42,502 nt of DNA from Candidatus Micrarchaeota archaeon (GTDB lineage: Archaea > Micrarchaeota > Micrarchaeia > Micrarchaeales > CABMGC01): contig CAZOFK010000001.1 of the NCBI GenBank assembly GCA_964579185.1, positions 1 through 42,502 on the forward strand. Reading direction: 5' to 3'. The notes beneath the pieces were generated by a model that saw nothing but the letters and a program-made list of their open reading frames with translations, did no database searches and was not told the DNA's origin. The position numbers and the translations under genes were made by a program. Positions within the stretch are counted from its first letter, which is position 1. The number at the start of each line of letters is the position of its first letter. Below are positions 16,144-25,467 of this stretch, in pieces.

Positions 16144-17713
16144 CGCGTGAATAATGCCTGCTTATTATTGCGCCGTATGCAGGCCTTGTTATCATTGCGC
16201 CCAGAAGAGCCCCAAGAATTGTCGACTCGGAGAAGCCTATTACCTGTACCAGAGAGGCCGAGAAGAGAAGAGGAAGCATGGCTATCACAAGCAGTATCGC
16301 GTCCCACCACACCACAGTGAAGGCCTGGTTCAGCTTTGTCTTTACATTTGAGCTTTTTGCGCCAAGCAGCGTTTCGTCGGTTATTATGATCTGGGCATCT
16401 ACTCCCGTGCCTATAACTGCTATCATGCCTGCAACTGCCGATAGGTCTATAGTGCCGACAAGACCTATTATGGAGACTATAATGAAAAGCTCTGCTAGCG
16501 TTGTCAGCATTATAGGCGCTATAAGGAAAAGCTTCCTGTACCTGATGACTATGGTAATGCCTACAGCAAAAGAGGCAAGGAGCAGTGCGAGCGCGCTTAT
16601 GATCTCGAAGTGCTTGCCGAGCGTAGGAGGCGTTGTTATGGGTACGCCCACTATCACATGTACAGGGAGTGCACCGCCGCTTAATACGCTTGCTATCACC
16701 TCTGACTCGTTCTTCGCGAATGCTATCTGTGAAGCAAGGGGGAGAGATGAAGAGGCTGCACCTGATATTGTATAACCCTCGTTTATATTGCCATTGGTCA
16801 CACCGGGACTGAGTGCAGGAGCAGATAAGAGGCCTATGGCAGGCCACGAGTCGACAATGAACTCTTGTGAGAGATTGGACGAGCTCTGTATAAACTGCGG
16901 AGTCATATTCGCTCCGCTTGCGTATATAAGCGTATAATTAAGCCGCGCCAGGTTATTGAGTATGCCGTTGTCAGTGCCTCTTTCGAGAACCACTGCCGCG
17001 TATCTGCCTTTATTAGCCGTAAAGAACGCCGATACTGAGGACCAGTTTGCCCTCTGCCCGAGCAGCTCTACAGGAATTGTCGACTTTCCGAACAGAAGGG
17101 CTGAGCGGAGCGCGGCTGTTTCGCTTTGGAGTGAGGTGCCTCCGAGAAGCGATTCGTTGATAAGTATTATTGCATTGGTCGGCCTGTCAAGGAACATGTA
17201 AAGGGGCTTGTTGGCCTGCCCGAAAGCAAGCCTTGCGAAGCGCGCAGCTGCCTGCTGCGATATATAAAAGCTCACAGACCATGTAACATTTCCCCCGCTT
17301 GTGAGGTATGTAGGCTGTATGCCGCTTGCACCCCCGAGAATGGCTGAACCGTTTATTGCCTCCTTGCCGTTCACTATGCCCTGGAATATACCCTGCTTTT
17401 CTATAACATCTATAGTGCTGCCTATATCTGATTTTGAGACTGTGGGTATTGTCACATATACCTCGGAGTTTCCTATTCCCTGTATAGTGACCTGCTTAAG
17501 TCCGAATGTGGATATCCTCTGCTGAAGAGTGGATATGAGGCTGCTCATGACGTCGGGATTTACAGAGTGTTCAAGCGTCAGAGGTATCTGGGTGCCTCCT
17601 ATAAATTCTATGCCCAGGTGTATACCGTAATGTATGTCTGCGAGAAGGAGGAGCAGAAGCAAGGCTAAGAGCGCCATGATTCTTTTATCCTTGAGATAAT
17701 ATATGACGGACAT
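16127..17713 (-). CDS. secD: Protein-export membrane protein SecD
   Basis: N-terminal TM, about 350-aa extracytoplasmic domain, then a C-terminal 5-TM bundle with IGTGVDAQIIITDE. Start reset to the ATG at 17711-17713, which shares its A with the secF stop codon (TGATG overlap, translational coupling). Confidence 0.8.
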   Translation of the reverse strand: MSVIYYLKDKRIMALLALLLLLLLADIHYGIHLGIEFIGGTQIPLTLEHSVNPDVMSSLISTLQQRISTFGLKQVTIQGIGNSEVYVTIPTVSKSDIGSTIDVIEKQGIFQGIVNGKEAINGSAILGGASGIQPTYLTSGGNVTWSVSFYISQQAAARFARLAFGQANKPLYMFLDRPTNAIILINESLLGGTSLQSETAALRSALLFGKSTIPVELLGQRANWSSVSAFFTANKGRYAAVVLERGTDNGILNNLARLNYTLIYASGANMTPQFIQSSSNLSQEFIVDSWPAIGLLSAPALSPGVTNGNINEGYTISGAASSSLPLASQIAFAKNESEVIASVLSGGALPVHVIVGVPITTPPTLGKHFEIISALALLLASFAVGITIVIRYRKLFLIAPIMLTTLAELFIIVSIIGLVGTIDLSAVAGMIAVIGTGVDAQIIITDETLLGAKSSNVKTKLNQAFTVVWWDAILLVIAMLPLLFSASLVQVIGFSESTILGALLGAMITRPAYGAIISRHYSRGGEGA

Positions 17714-18864
17714 CAACGCCTCTCTTTTCGCTTCTTGTAAAGGAGCACTATAGTGGCGTTTCCAAGCCACGTGGTAAGTATATCACCGAGGAGGCCGAAT
17801 AGCACCACCCCGGATATCTCATAGTATGTAGGTATATATGCAAGTATTGAAACTATGAAGAGTACGCCGAAGGAGACAAGCGCTGTCGTAGTCATAGTAA
17901 GGCCTGTCTTCATCGAGGAATATGCTCGTTCCTCAGGGGTGCCCTCATGCCTCTTCAGTATCCTTATGGCAGTGAGCACGTCGGTGTCTATTGAGTATCC
18001 TATAAGCATGAGAAGGCCGCCTATGCTTGCTATGCCTAAAGGTATTCCGAGTACGCCCATGGCACCCAAGGCTATGACCATATCGTTTGCTGCCCCGAAT
18101 ACCACGGCAAAGGCGGGAGCTACCGACCTGAATATGGCAAAGACCACTATTATTATAAGTACAAATGCCACGAATATGACATATCTGAGCTGTCCTAGGA
18201 AGTATCTGCCCAGCGTGGGCGTCAGCTGCTGATACGAATAACTTGAATAGGGTATCACCTCGCCTATAACGCCGAGTACCTTCTGCCTGTACACGAGGCT
18301 TGCGTTAGTGTATGAGTCCTGAGCGAGCCCTGTCATTGCGCTTGTACTGTTCGCTGTTGATCCTGCACTGCCTATAAAAGGACTCAGCGCCAAAAGCTCT
18401 TCGCCGAGTGTCTCACGCATGCCGGCAAGAGAGCTGTTGAGAATGGCTGTGGAGTTGCCGAGCTCCGCTTCGAGCGTCTTATTGCCGGGAGCCTTCTCAA
18501 GAGCCAAAGAGAAGGCAGTGGCATTCACCTGCGCGCCTGAATACGTTGCCTTGTATGCGTAAAAGCTAAGAAGTAAGGATTCGGCCTTCGAGAGGCTTTC
18601 GTTGGTTATTAGTGTTATTTGCAGGCCTCCGGGGCTTCTTTGTATGTTAGGCTGCGGTATATGCAGCTTAGAGGCAATGGCAGTGGCAAGCTGCGATGTG
18701 CTCATTGTGGAATTTGTCTGCAGTATTATGCTTACGCCGCCGCTAAGCGAGGAGTCCAGTATTATCTTTGTGGAGAAGTATATGCCTATAAGCATAAGCA
18801 GCACAGGCACTACTATGAAATATTTAAGATGCTTGCTCGTGTAGATATTTGGTATGCTAACCAT
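17713..18864 (-). CDS. secF: Protein-export membrane protein SecF
   Basis: TM1, extracytoplasmic loop, C-terminal TM bundle with GYSIDTDVLTAIRILKR. Lies immediately upstream of secD; secF-secD is the archaeal order as I recall it. Confidence 0.75.
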   Translation of the reverse strand: MVSIPNIYTSKHLKYFIVVPVLLMLIGIYFSTKIILDSSLSGGVSIILQTNSTMSTSQLATAIASKLHIPQPNIQRSPGGLQITLITNESLSKAESLLLSFYAYKATYSGAQVNATAFSLALEKAPGNKTLEAELGNSTAILNSSLAGMRETLGEELLALSPFIGSAGSTANSTSAMTGLAQDSYTNASLVYRQKVLGVIGEVIPYSSYSYQQLTPTLGRYFLGQLRYVIFVAFVLIIIVVFAIFRSVAPAFAVVFGAANDMVIALGAMGVLGIPLGIASIGGLLMLIGYSIDTDVLTAIRILKRHEGTPEERAYSSMKTGLTMTTTALVSFGVLFIVSILAYIPTYYEISGVVLFGLLGDILTTWLGNATIVLLYKKRKERR

Positions 18865-18900
18865 GCGAAATCGCCAGGAACTTCAAAAGATGTAATCAAG

Positions 18901-18921
18901 AATAAAAATAAAAAATAAAAG
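18901..18921 (-). terminator. Oligo-T tract (archaeal-type terminator) downstream of the 18935-19216 gene
   Basis: The minus strand reads CTTTTATTTTTTATTTTTATT, starting about 14 nt after the stop codon. The same A/T region probably holds the secF promoter. Confidence 0.45.
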
Positions 18922-18934
18922 AAAGTATAAAAGG

Positions 18935-19216
18935 CTAACCGTATCTCTTCATGAGCTTTGTATGCAGCGACATGACAAAGCCGTAGACTATGACCATGAG
19001 TGAGAGCACCACAAATGAGGTGCCAAGGGTATAATTTGTATTGAACCCAAGCTTATCTTGCAATATAAATAGCAGCCCCACTATGAAGAGATATATGCCC
19101 ACGTATATGGACTGGAATATGTACCATCCTGAATGCTTCTCCTTATAATGCAGCATTCTCTCCATATACGGCTCCGGATCTAGAACGACATTTTCCTTTG
19201 CTCTTTTTTCAACCAC
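18935..19216 (-). CDS. Small two-TM membrane protein (93 aa), function unknown
   Basis: Two hydrophobic helices (IYVGIYLFIVGLLFIL, FVVLSLMVIVYGFVMSL) after a charged N-terminus. Confidence 0.45.
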   Translation of the reverse strand: MVEKRAKENVVLDPEPYMERMLHYKEKHSGWYIFQSIYVGIYLFIVGLLFILQDKLGFNTNYTLGTSFVVLSLMVIVYGFVMSLHTKLMKRYG

Positions 19217-19311
19217 ATTCTCACCGCTTTTAATATATGTAATGGAAGAGTTTAAGAACCTTGCGGGAAAGGCATCAGAAAGGGCTATATATTATTACAG
19301 GCAGTAATATT

Positions 19312-20157
19312 ATGGGGAGGAGTATGTTTGCTTACCTGAAACATAAAGAGAATGGGTTAGAAAGGAGTGAGGGAAAGTTAGAGAAGATGCTTAGTGACTT
19401 TGAGAAGAGGTATTACGGCTACAGCGGCGCGCATGATATGGCAATCCATGTGGCCGCGGCAAAGACAGGTACTCCTGAGAAGCTAGATACGCTCTTGCGC
19501 ATAGATTCTTTTGCAGGAAAACTGACACAACGGGAGGCAGTCACGTATTTTTTGACATGGAGGAATTCCAATGGCAACGAGGCGCTGCTTGGTACAGAAT
19601 TTACAAATTTTACGCGGGATCTCTACAATGCACGCGCAGGCTACTTTGAGGCGTTGAACACAACGCTGAATGCAAAGGCGTTGACAAGCCCCGAAGTGAT
19701 GAGCAAACCTGTAGCTGAGTTTGCAAGGCTGTACGACAACACAGGAAATCTCTTTTATCTAATAGGTAAGACTGAGAGGGTAAGAGTCTTTACAAACCCT
19801 GATTTTCTAAAATTTGTGAATACGCTCGAACAGAAGGCAGCAACATACCTTTCTGCGGTGGTTGAAACAGCTTGGAAAAATCCTCACAGTGTGGATGTGC
19901 TTACAGGCCCTGATGTGGCGAATGTCAGGGTAGCTGAATTTGCAAAGAGAAAATCACACTACATAGTCAAGGAGTATTTCAAATCAATGGGAGAGGAGGA
20001 AGGCATGGTAAAGGCATTTACCAACCCTGAGTTTATGGGAATGGTGGATAAGGAGGGCATGTTGAGTACCATCCTCATCATAAGTAACTATAAGCGCAGG
20101 ACTGAGGCAGGGACAAATGAAGGCATAGGGGATTTGAAAAAAGCGGGAAGGGCATAA
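19312..20157 (+). CDS. Hypothetical soluble protein with an internal tandem ~55-aa repeat
   Basis: Start reset to ATG 19312, which has TATATATTA about 24 nt upstream. Repeat signature P[ED]V..VAEFA[RK]...V[RK][VA]FTNP[DE]F[LM].[FM]V occurs twice. I recognise no family. Confidence 0.5.
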   Translation: MGRSMFAYLKHKENGLERSEGKLEKMLSDFEKRYYGYSGAHDMAIHVAAAKTGTPEKLDTLLRIDSFAGKLTQREAVTYFLTWRNSNGNEALLGTEFTNFTRDLYNARAGYFEALNTTLNAKALTSPEVMSKPVAEFARLYDNTGNLFYLIGKTERVRVFTNPDFLKFVNTLEQKAATYLSAVVETAWKNPHSVDVLTGPDVANVRVAEFAKRKSHYIVKEYFKSMGEEEGMVKAFTNPEFMGMVDKEGMLSTILIISNYKRRTEAGTNEGIGDLKKAGRA

Positions 20158-20256
20158 GCATAAACAATGCAGTTCCACATTTCTAGATAAAGCTTAATAT
20201 TCTTTGCCTGCATTTTACTATAAGAGTTGCGCCTGATGCGCCTTCAGGTTGGGAAT

Positions 20257-20706
20257 ATGCTTATTGGAATAAAGAGGATATATGAAAAGGTAGAGTTCGG
20301 CGACGGAAGGCGCATACTCGTGGACAGGCTATGGCCCAGGGGCATGAGAAGGAGTTCTGCGAATATTGATACATGGATGAAGGAGATAGCTCCTAGCGAC
20401 AAGCTTAGGCGATGGTTCGCCCACGACGCTAGCAAATGGAACGAGTTTGACATGCGCTACAGGAAGGAGCTTGAAAAAAACCCCCTTGTAGTCTCTCTTG
20501 CGAAGAAGACCCTGCGCGAAGACATAACGCTCATATATGCTGCCAAAGACACAAGGCACAACAATGCGGTAGTGCTTGCAAACGTGCTTCGGGAGAGGGT
20601 AAGGGATCTCAAAGACGTAGGATACAAGCAGGAAAACGTACGGATATTGAATTCGTCACTGAGCGGCTTTTACGCTTTCTTAGAGTTCAACCTTTTTGAG
20701 TTCTAG
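20257..20706 (+). CDS. DUF488 (YeaO-like) family protein
   Basis: IKRIYE...GRRILVDRLWPRGMRR...W.KEIAPS..LRRWF.HD..KW.EF..RY..EL matches the DUF488 pattern. Start set to M11 of the track ORF. Confidence 0.6.
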   Translation: MLIGIKRIYEKVEFGDGRRILVDRLWPRGMRRSSANIDTWMKEIAPSDKLRRWFAHDASKWNEFDMRYRKELEKNPLVVSLAKKTLREDITLIYAAKDTRHNNAVVLANVLRERVRDLKDVGYKQENVRILNSSLSGFYAFLEFNLFEF

Positions 20707-21243
20707 CCTGCTTATCCTGCATATGCCGTATATGCGCTTCATGGCTTCTTTCCTGAACGTGCCGTCTATTATGCCTCTTACTATGTCCTCCCTGCTCTTA
20801 TCAGCCGCGTACTCCTTCGAGAAGGCTGAGAGGGCCTTTCTTATGCTTACACTGCGCCTTGCAGTTGCCTTGTTTAGGGTTACAACAAGCAATTTAAGAA
20901 TGAGGTCTCTGCCGTCCTTGTCCTTGATCCTATCTACAGTATATATGACGCTGCTGTGCCTTCGCACAAGTGAGTGAAGATAGCTATATGTCTGCTCCAT
21001 GTACTTGAGCTCTGTATGGGCAGCTACGCCGTTTACATCTGTTATCTTGAGACCCACCTGGGTGAACGCGTTCTCGGCCCTGTTTGTTATCCATGACATA
21101 TTTACTTTTATTGTCCTGCCTAAGACGTTCGCCTCGTCAGCTGAGGGTATCTCGCTTATGACGCTACTGCCGAGGACCTCAGGCGCGTGCACGCTGAACC
21201 ATTTCTTGAGCTTCCACTTTTCTACTCCTTTTCCTACGGCCAT
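20680..21243 (-). CDS. rps3ae: 30S ribosomal protein eS1 (S3Ae)
   Basis: KKWFSVHAPEVLG N-terminal block and the expected length (187 aa). Adjacent to uS15. Confidence 0.9.
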   Translation of the reverse strand: MAVGKGVEKWKLKKWFSVHAPEVLGSSVISEIPSADEANVLGRTIKVNMSWITNRAENAFTQVGLKITDVNGVAAHTELKYMEQTYSYLHSLVRRHSSVIYTVDRIKDKDGRDLILKLLVVTLNKATARRSVSIRKALSAFSKEYAADKSREDIVRGIIDGTFRKEAMKRIYGICRISRLELKKVEL

Positions 21244-21247
21244 AGCA

Positions 21248-21712
21248 TCATCCTTTTATTATAAGCGCAGCCTTCTCAGGCTCATACTTCCAGTCCTTGG
21301 GCAAAGCGTTGATGCGCTTGTAATACTTTGAAAGCCTCCATATCTTCGATTCGACGCGGATTAGCCTTACCTTATTATGCACATCTTGCTTGTTTGCTTC
21401 AAGGTGCCTCCTGAGACGCAAAGAGCGCGCCATTAGATTCAACAGATCTTGAGGGAGCTCCTGCGATGCGCCCTTCTCCTTGAGGAATGCAACAAGCCTC
21501 TTCCCTAGGACCTGCCTTATGTACGGTACTCCGTTTTTGTCTTTTAGGTATTGCCCTATCAGTGTAGGCCCTATGCCCTGCTTCGTGTATTCGAGTATGA
21601 GCTTTTCTATGTCATCCCTTGTAAGCGCCATGCCTTCTGGCACTACGCCTATCTTTACCACAGGCTTCTTCGACTTTGACTTTCCATGTCTCTTTGTATG
21701 CATCCTTGCCAT
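21248..21712 (-). CDS. rps15: 30S ribosomal protein uS15 (archaeal S15P/S13e type)
   Basis: MARMHTKRHGKSKSKKP N-terminus, 154 aa, C-terminal S15 helical domain (LRRHLEANKQDVHNKVRL). Confidence 0.9.
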   Translation of the reverse strand: MARMHTKRHGKSKSKKPVVKIGVVPEGMALTRDDIEKLILEYTKQGIGPTLIGQYLKDKNGVPYIRQVLGKRLVAFLKEKGASQELPQDLLNLMARSLRLRRHLEANKQDVHNKVRLIRVESKIWRLSKYYKRINALPKDWKYEPEKAALIIKG

Positions 21713-21781
21713 TAGACCACATGCGCCGTATTATACCTTGTTGTTCGCCGATTTGACACTTTGCCTGCTGAACATCATAGC

Positions 21782-24142
21782 TTACTTCACGATTTCAGAA
21801 GAAAGGGTGTCGGCTTTTTTAAGAATGATATCTCCTGCCTTGCATATCTTTGCTATCTCTTCCTTCTCAGCTTCTACAATTCTATAATATTCATCAGGAA
21901 GATTTATAATTATGCGTGTAAGCACCTGGTTGAGCGCCATCCTTGCTCCTCTCTTTTCACGTCTGACCATACCTATTACACTATTGAAATATGCCGCTTC
22001 TGCCTCGGCATTTGCATCTATGAGCTCGCTTCGGGGGAGCGGGAAGGCCTCCTTGTGGACGGATCTCTTGGTCATCGAGGTATAGAGCTCTTCAGTTGCG
22101 AATGGCATGATAGGAGCGAGAATGAGCAATACCTTTGTAATGACCTCGCGAAGGGTATGCAGGACAGCTGATCTCCTCTGCGTTTTTTGGCCGTATGCTA
22201 CGTGCTTTATATTCTCAAGGTAGAAATCACAAAAGTCATGCCAGTAGAAGTCTATGATGCTGCTTACTGCAGCGCTGTACTCGAAAGAGTTGTATGCCTT
22301 GTCAACATCTGAAATGAGCCTGTTCAGTCTGCTGAGAATCCCTTTCTCAAGAAGGCCGAACTGGAGTCCTTCCCCAGCCGGCTCTGAAATGAAGTTCTGC
22401 ATGAAGGCGTATGAGTTGAAAAGCTTGTTTATAAAGTCGTAAGCGTATTTCACGTCATTGAAGACAAGCGCCTTGTTTTTGCCTATTATGCCGCTGAGAG
22501 CGCTCCACATTCTGATTGCGTCAGCAGAGAATTTAGAGAGCAGATACTCAGGGGAAACGACATTTCCAAGGCTCTTGCTCATCTTCTTTCCGTCAGGACC
22601 TAAGACGAGTCCGTGTATCAGTATACGCCTGAATGGCAATCCTCCTGTTAGGGCCCATGTCCTGAGGAGCGTGTAGAAGGTCCACGACCTTATTATCTCA
22701 GTGGCATGCACCCTTATCTCGGCTGGCAGATACCTAGAGACATGCTCTGCGCCGGCTGCTGGCCAGCCGGCTATTATCAAGGGCGTTATCGATGAGTCTA
22801 TCCATACGTCGCATGTTAGCTCCTCAGCTATAAGCCTGCCTCCGCATTTACATTTCTCGAACGGTGCCTTGGCTCTCTTCGGATCCACAGGCAGCGCCTC
22901 CCTGCTGGCCGGCACTGTCTCAGTGCAGTTCTCGCAGTACCAGAAGGGCAGAGGCGTGTCGAACTTTCTATTACGTGAGATGACCCAGTCCCAGTCCACA
23001 TAATCGGCCCAGTCGAGGAGGTAGCGCAGTGTGAATGAAGGCACCCATTCTATCTGCTGTGCCAGCTCCTTGATCTTTTGCGCATGCTCTACCGTCTTTA
23101 TAAACCACTGCGTGCTTTCGAGGAGCTCTACAGGGGTATTGCAGCGGTCGTGTATCTTGACCTGATGCAGTATCTCCTCCTGCCTTGTCAACCTCTTCTC
23201 TTCCTTAAGTATGCCTATGAGTGTGCTCCTTGCGTCATTCAGGCTTAGGCCTGTGTATTTTCCTGCGTTGAGGAGCCTGCCGCTTTCGTCTACAGCTTTG
23301 ATGCTGCCGAGTTTGTGCCTGTGGTACATTATGAGATCCTGCTTGTCGCCGAATGTACAGACCATTTCTGCTCCTGTGCCGTATTCGAGCTTGAGTGTAG
23401 GGTCTGCTATCACCTTTACAGTATTTCCGAATATGGGGACAGTGGCTTCCTTGCCTATTAATTCTTTTGCCTTCTCGCTTCCGGGATTCACAGCGACAGC
23501 TACGCAGGCGTGGAGATACTCAGGCCTGGTGGTGGCTATCTCTATCTTTTTATCAGATCCCTGAATATCAAAAAGGAGATAGTTAAGCTTTGTCTTTTCC
23601 TCTGCTTCCTCTGTTTCCTCCTTGGCTATAGCACTCCTGCAGTAAGGGCACCAATACACAGCGTGCATGCCCCTGTATACAAAGCCCTTCTCATACATAT
23701 CAAGTATTGAGAGTTGCACCTTTGCCTGATACTCCTCAGACATTGTTATATATTCTAAAGAAAGATCCATAGAAAAACCAAGCCTGAGCATCTGTGAACG
23801 CATAGCGGTAAGGTTCTTTGTAGCCAGTTCCTTTCCTTTCGCTATGAATTCCTCTCCGCTAAGCCCTTTGCCGTATAGTTTCTCCACTGCGCGCTCTGTG
23901 GGAAAGCCCATGGTGTCCCATCCCTGCGGATAGTATACGCTGAAGCCCTTCATGCGCTTGTATCTCGCCAGAAAGTCTATGAGTGAGAAATCGAGGACAT
24001 GGCCCATATGCAGTACACCGCTCGTGTACGGCGGGGGAGTATCTATGACATAAAGCGGCTTTCCCTTCTCAGGAATGAACTTATAAGTCATGTCATTGAG
24101 CCATGTCTCGCGCCACTTCTCCTCTATGCCACTATCATACAT
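21782..24142 (-). CDS. valS: Valyl-tRNA synthetase
   Basis: Class Ia signatures LHMGHVLD (HIGH) and KMSKSLGN (KMSKS). Editing-domain block ATTRPEY. N-terminal EEKWRETW...DTPPPYTSG. The 786-aa size fits archaeal ValRS rather than IleRS or LeuRS. Confidence 0.85.
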   Translation of the reverse strand: MYDSGIEEKWRETWLNDMTYKFIPEKGKPLYVIDTPPPYTSGVLHMGHVLDFSLIDFLARYKRMKGFSVYYPQGWDTMGFPTERAVEKLYGKGLSGEEFIAKGKELATKNLTAMRSQMLRLGFSMDLSLEYITMSEEYQAKVQLSILDMYEKGFVYRGMHAVYWCPYCRSAIAKEETEEAEEKTKLNYLLFDIQGSDKKIEIATTRPEYLHACVAVAVNPGSEKAKELIGKEATVPIFGNTVKVIADPTLKLEYGTGAEMVCTFGDKQDLIMYHRHKLGSIKAVDESGRLLNAGKYTGLSLNDARSTLIGILKEEKRLTRQEEILHQVKIHDRCNTPVELLESTQWFIKTVEHAQKIKELAQQIEWVPSFTLRYLLDWADYVDWDWVISRNRKFDTPLPFWYCENCTETVPASREALPVDPKRAKAPFEKCKCGGRLIAEELTCDVWIDSSITPLIIAGWPAAGAEHVSRYLPAEIRVHATEIIRSWTFYTLLRTWALTGGLPFRRILIHGLVLGPDGKKMSKSLGNVVSPEYLLSKFSADAIRMWSALSGIIGKNKALVFNDVKYAYDFINKLFNSYAFMQNFISEPAGEGLQFGLLEKGILSRLNRLISDVDKAYNSFEYSAAVSSIIDFYWHDFCDFYLENIKHVAYGQKTQRRSAVLHTLREVITKVLLILAPIMPFATEELYTSMTKRSVHKEAFPLPRSELIDANAEAEAAYFNSVIGMVRREKRGARMALNQVLTRIIINLPDEYYRIVEAEKEEIAKICKAGDIILKKADTLSSEIVK

Positions 24143-24270
24143 AATATATCACATGCGCCTTTCGCATTGCAACATGCACCAGCAAGGCCTCGCTGCGAAG
24201 CATGAGCCTTTGAGGTAAGACATGCGACAGGATTAATGTAGCAATAGTATATAGCAATAATATATAGATA

Positions 24271-25314
24271 TTATGTAGTTATGCTTTGTCCCTGCTCTGG
24301 CCTCGTGCCTATAATATTCAGCTTATAGCCGCATGATGCACACCCCATCCGTTTATCGAGCTGCCATCCTGTCACTCCGAAACCATCTCGCATTATTACA
24401 GGGCTTCCGCATGCAGGGCAGTATGTATTCTCATAAGGATTCCCTGGTACGTTTCCTATATACACATGTCTCAGCCCGGCTTTTTTCGCTGCATGATAAT
24501 GCCTCTTGAGCGCCTCCAGATCTGTCATAGGATACTCGAGCATTTTGTAATCGGGATGGAAGCGCGTGAAGTGCAAAGGAGTATCAGCACCTACCTCACT
24601 GCATATCCACGAAGCAAGGCTGCGGCATGCGTCTATTGAATCCCCGACTTTTGGTATTACAAGATCTGTGATCTCGAGATGCATGCCTGCCTTTTTTATC
24701 CCGAGTATCGAGGTCTTTACAGGCTCGTTGGAGAGAACAGCCTCAAACCTGTTTGCGAACTTTTCCTCGCCATTGCCTTTGAAATTGACTACGACTGCAT
24801 CTATGAGCCCTTTCATCGCTGATACGCTCTCGTCAGTCAGGTAGCCGTTTGTCACGAAGAGGTTGCGCAGACCTGCCTTATGCGCTAGCCTTGCCGTATC
24901 AAGCGCATACTCAATAAAGATTGAAGGCTCGTTGTATGTATAGGCTATACTTGCTGCACCGCTCTCCTTTGCAAGCTCTACTACCCTTTCGGGAGGCGCT
25001 TCGCTGCCTGATATCTCACGCTCCTTGGATATATTATGGTTCTGGCAGAACTGGCAGCCCCAGCTGCACGAGACGGTGCCTATGCTGAATGCTGTAGTAC
25101 CAGGAAGGAAGTGGTTGAATGGCTTCTTTTCTATAGGGTCAAGCTGCATCGAGGAGAGCAGAGCGTAATTTGCAAGAACGAGCCTGCCGTGCTTGTTCTG
25201 CCTCACAAAGCAGAAACCGTGCGACCCTTCAGGAATTACGCAGTTCCTGGCGCATGCTGTACATCTGACCTTTTTTGAATCCAGTTTCTCGTAAAGGCGT
25301 GCCTCCCTTTCCAT
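24271..25314 (-). CDS. AmmeMemoRadiSam-system radical SAM enzyme (PflA-like activase family)
   Basis: N-terminal Cys cluster CTACARNCVIPEGSHGFCFVRQN, DPIEKKPFNHFLPG, radical SAM CSWGCQFC (CX3CX2C), C-terminal Zn-ribbon CPACG...CASCG. Confidence 0.8.
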   Translation of the reverse strand: MEREARLYEKLDSKKVRCTACARNCVIPEGSHGFCFVRQNKHGRLVLANYALLSSMQLDPIEKKPFNHFLPGTTAFSIGTVSCSWGCQFCQNHNISKEREISGSEAPPERVVELAKESGAASIAYTYNEPSIFIEYALDTARLAHKAGLRNLFVTNGYLTDESVSAMKGLIDAVVVNFKGNGEEKFANRFEAVLSNEPVKTSILGIKKAGMHLEITDLVIPKVGDSIDACRSLASWICSEVGADTPLHFTRFHPDYKMLEYPMTDLEALKRHYHAAKKAGLRHVYIGNVPGNPYENTYCPACGSPVIMRDGFGVTGWQLDKRMGCASCGYKLNIIGTRPEQGQSITT

Positions 25315-25467
25315 GAATATATTACGCTTTCAAGGTATTTAGTATAATCGTTTGCCACTCTGCCTGCGTTTCTGCACATGTGCTGAGACTCAACAATGCC
25401 TTTCTGCAGTCAGACAGGGTGATGAAGCACTCTTTATTGGAGCTTTATCTCCAATATCACCCAGCTA

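Noticed and set aside
16137-16847. 236-aa same-strand alternative-frame ORF inside secD, plus similar long shadow ORFs in the topA, ABC and E1alpha genes
   Set aside because: Arg/Cys/His-rich nonsense composition. The overlapping frames carry unmistakable SecD, TopA, ABC and E1 motifs.
25419-25425. C-box-like GTGATGA in the spacer downstream of the 25468 gene (possible C/D-box sRNA)
   Set aside because: No D, D' or C' boxes at the required spacing. The nearest CTGA is about 70 nt away and inside the coding region.
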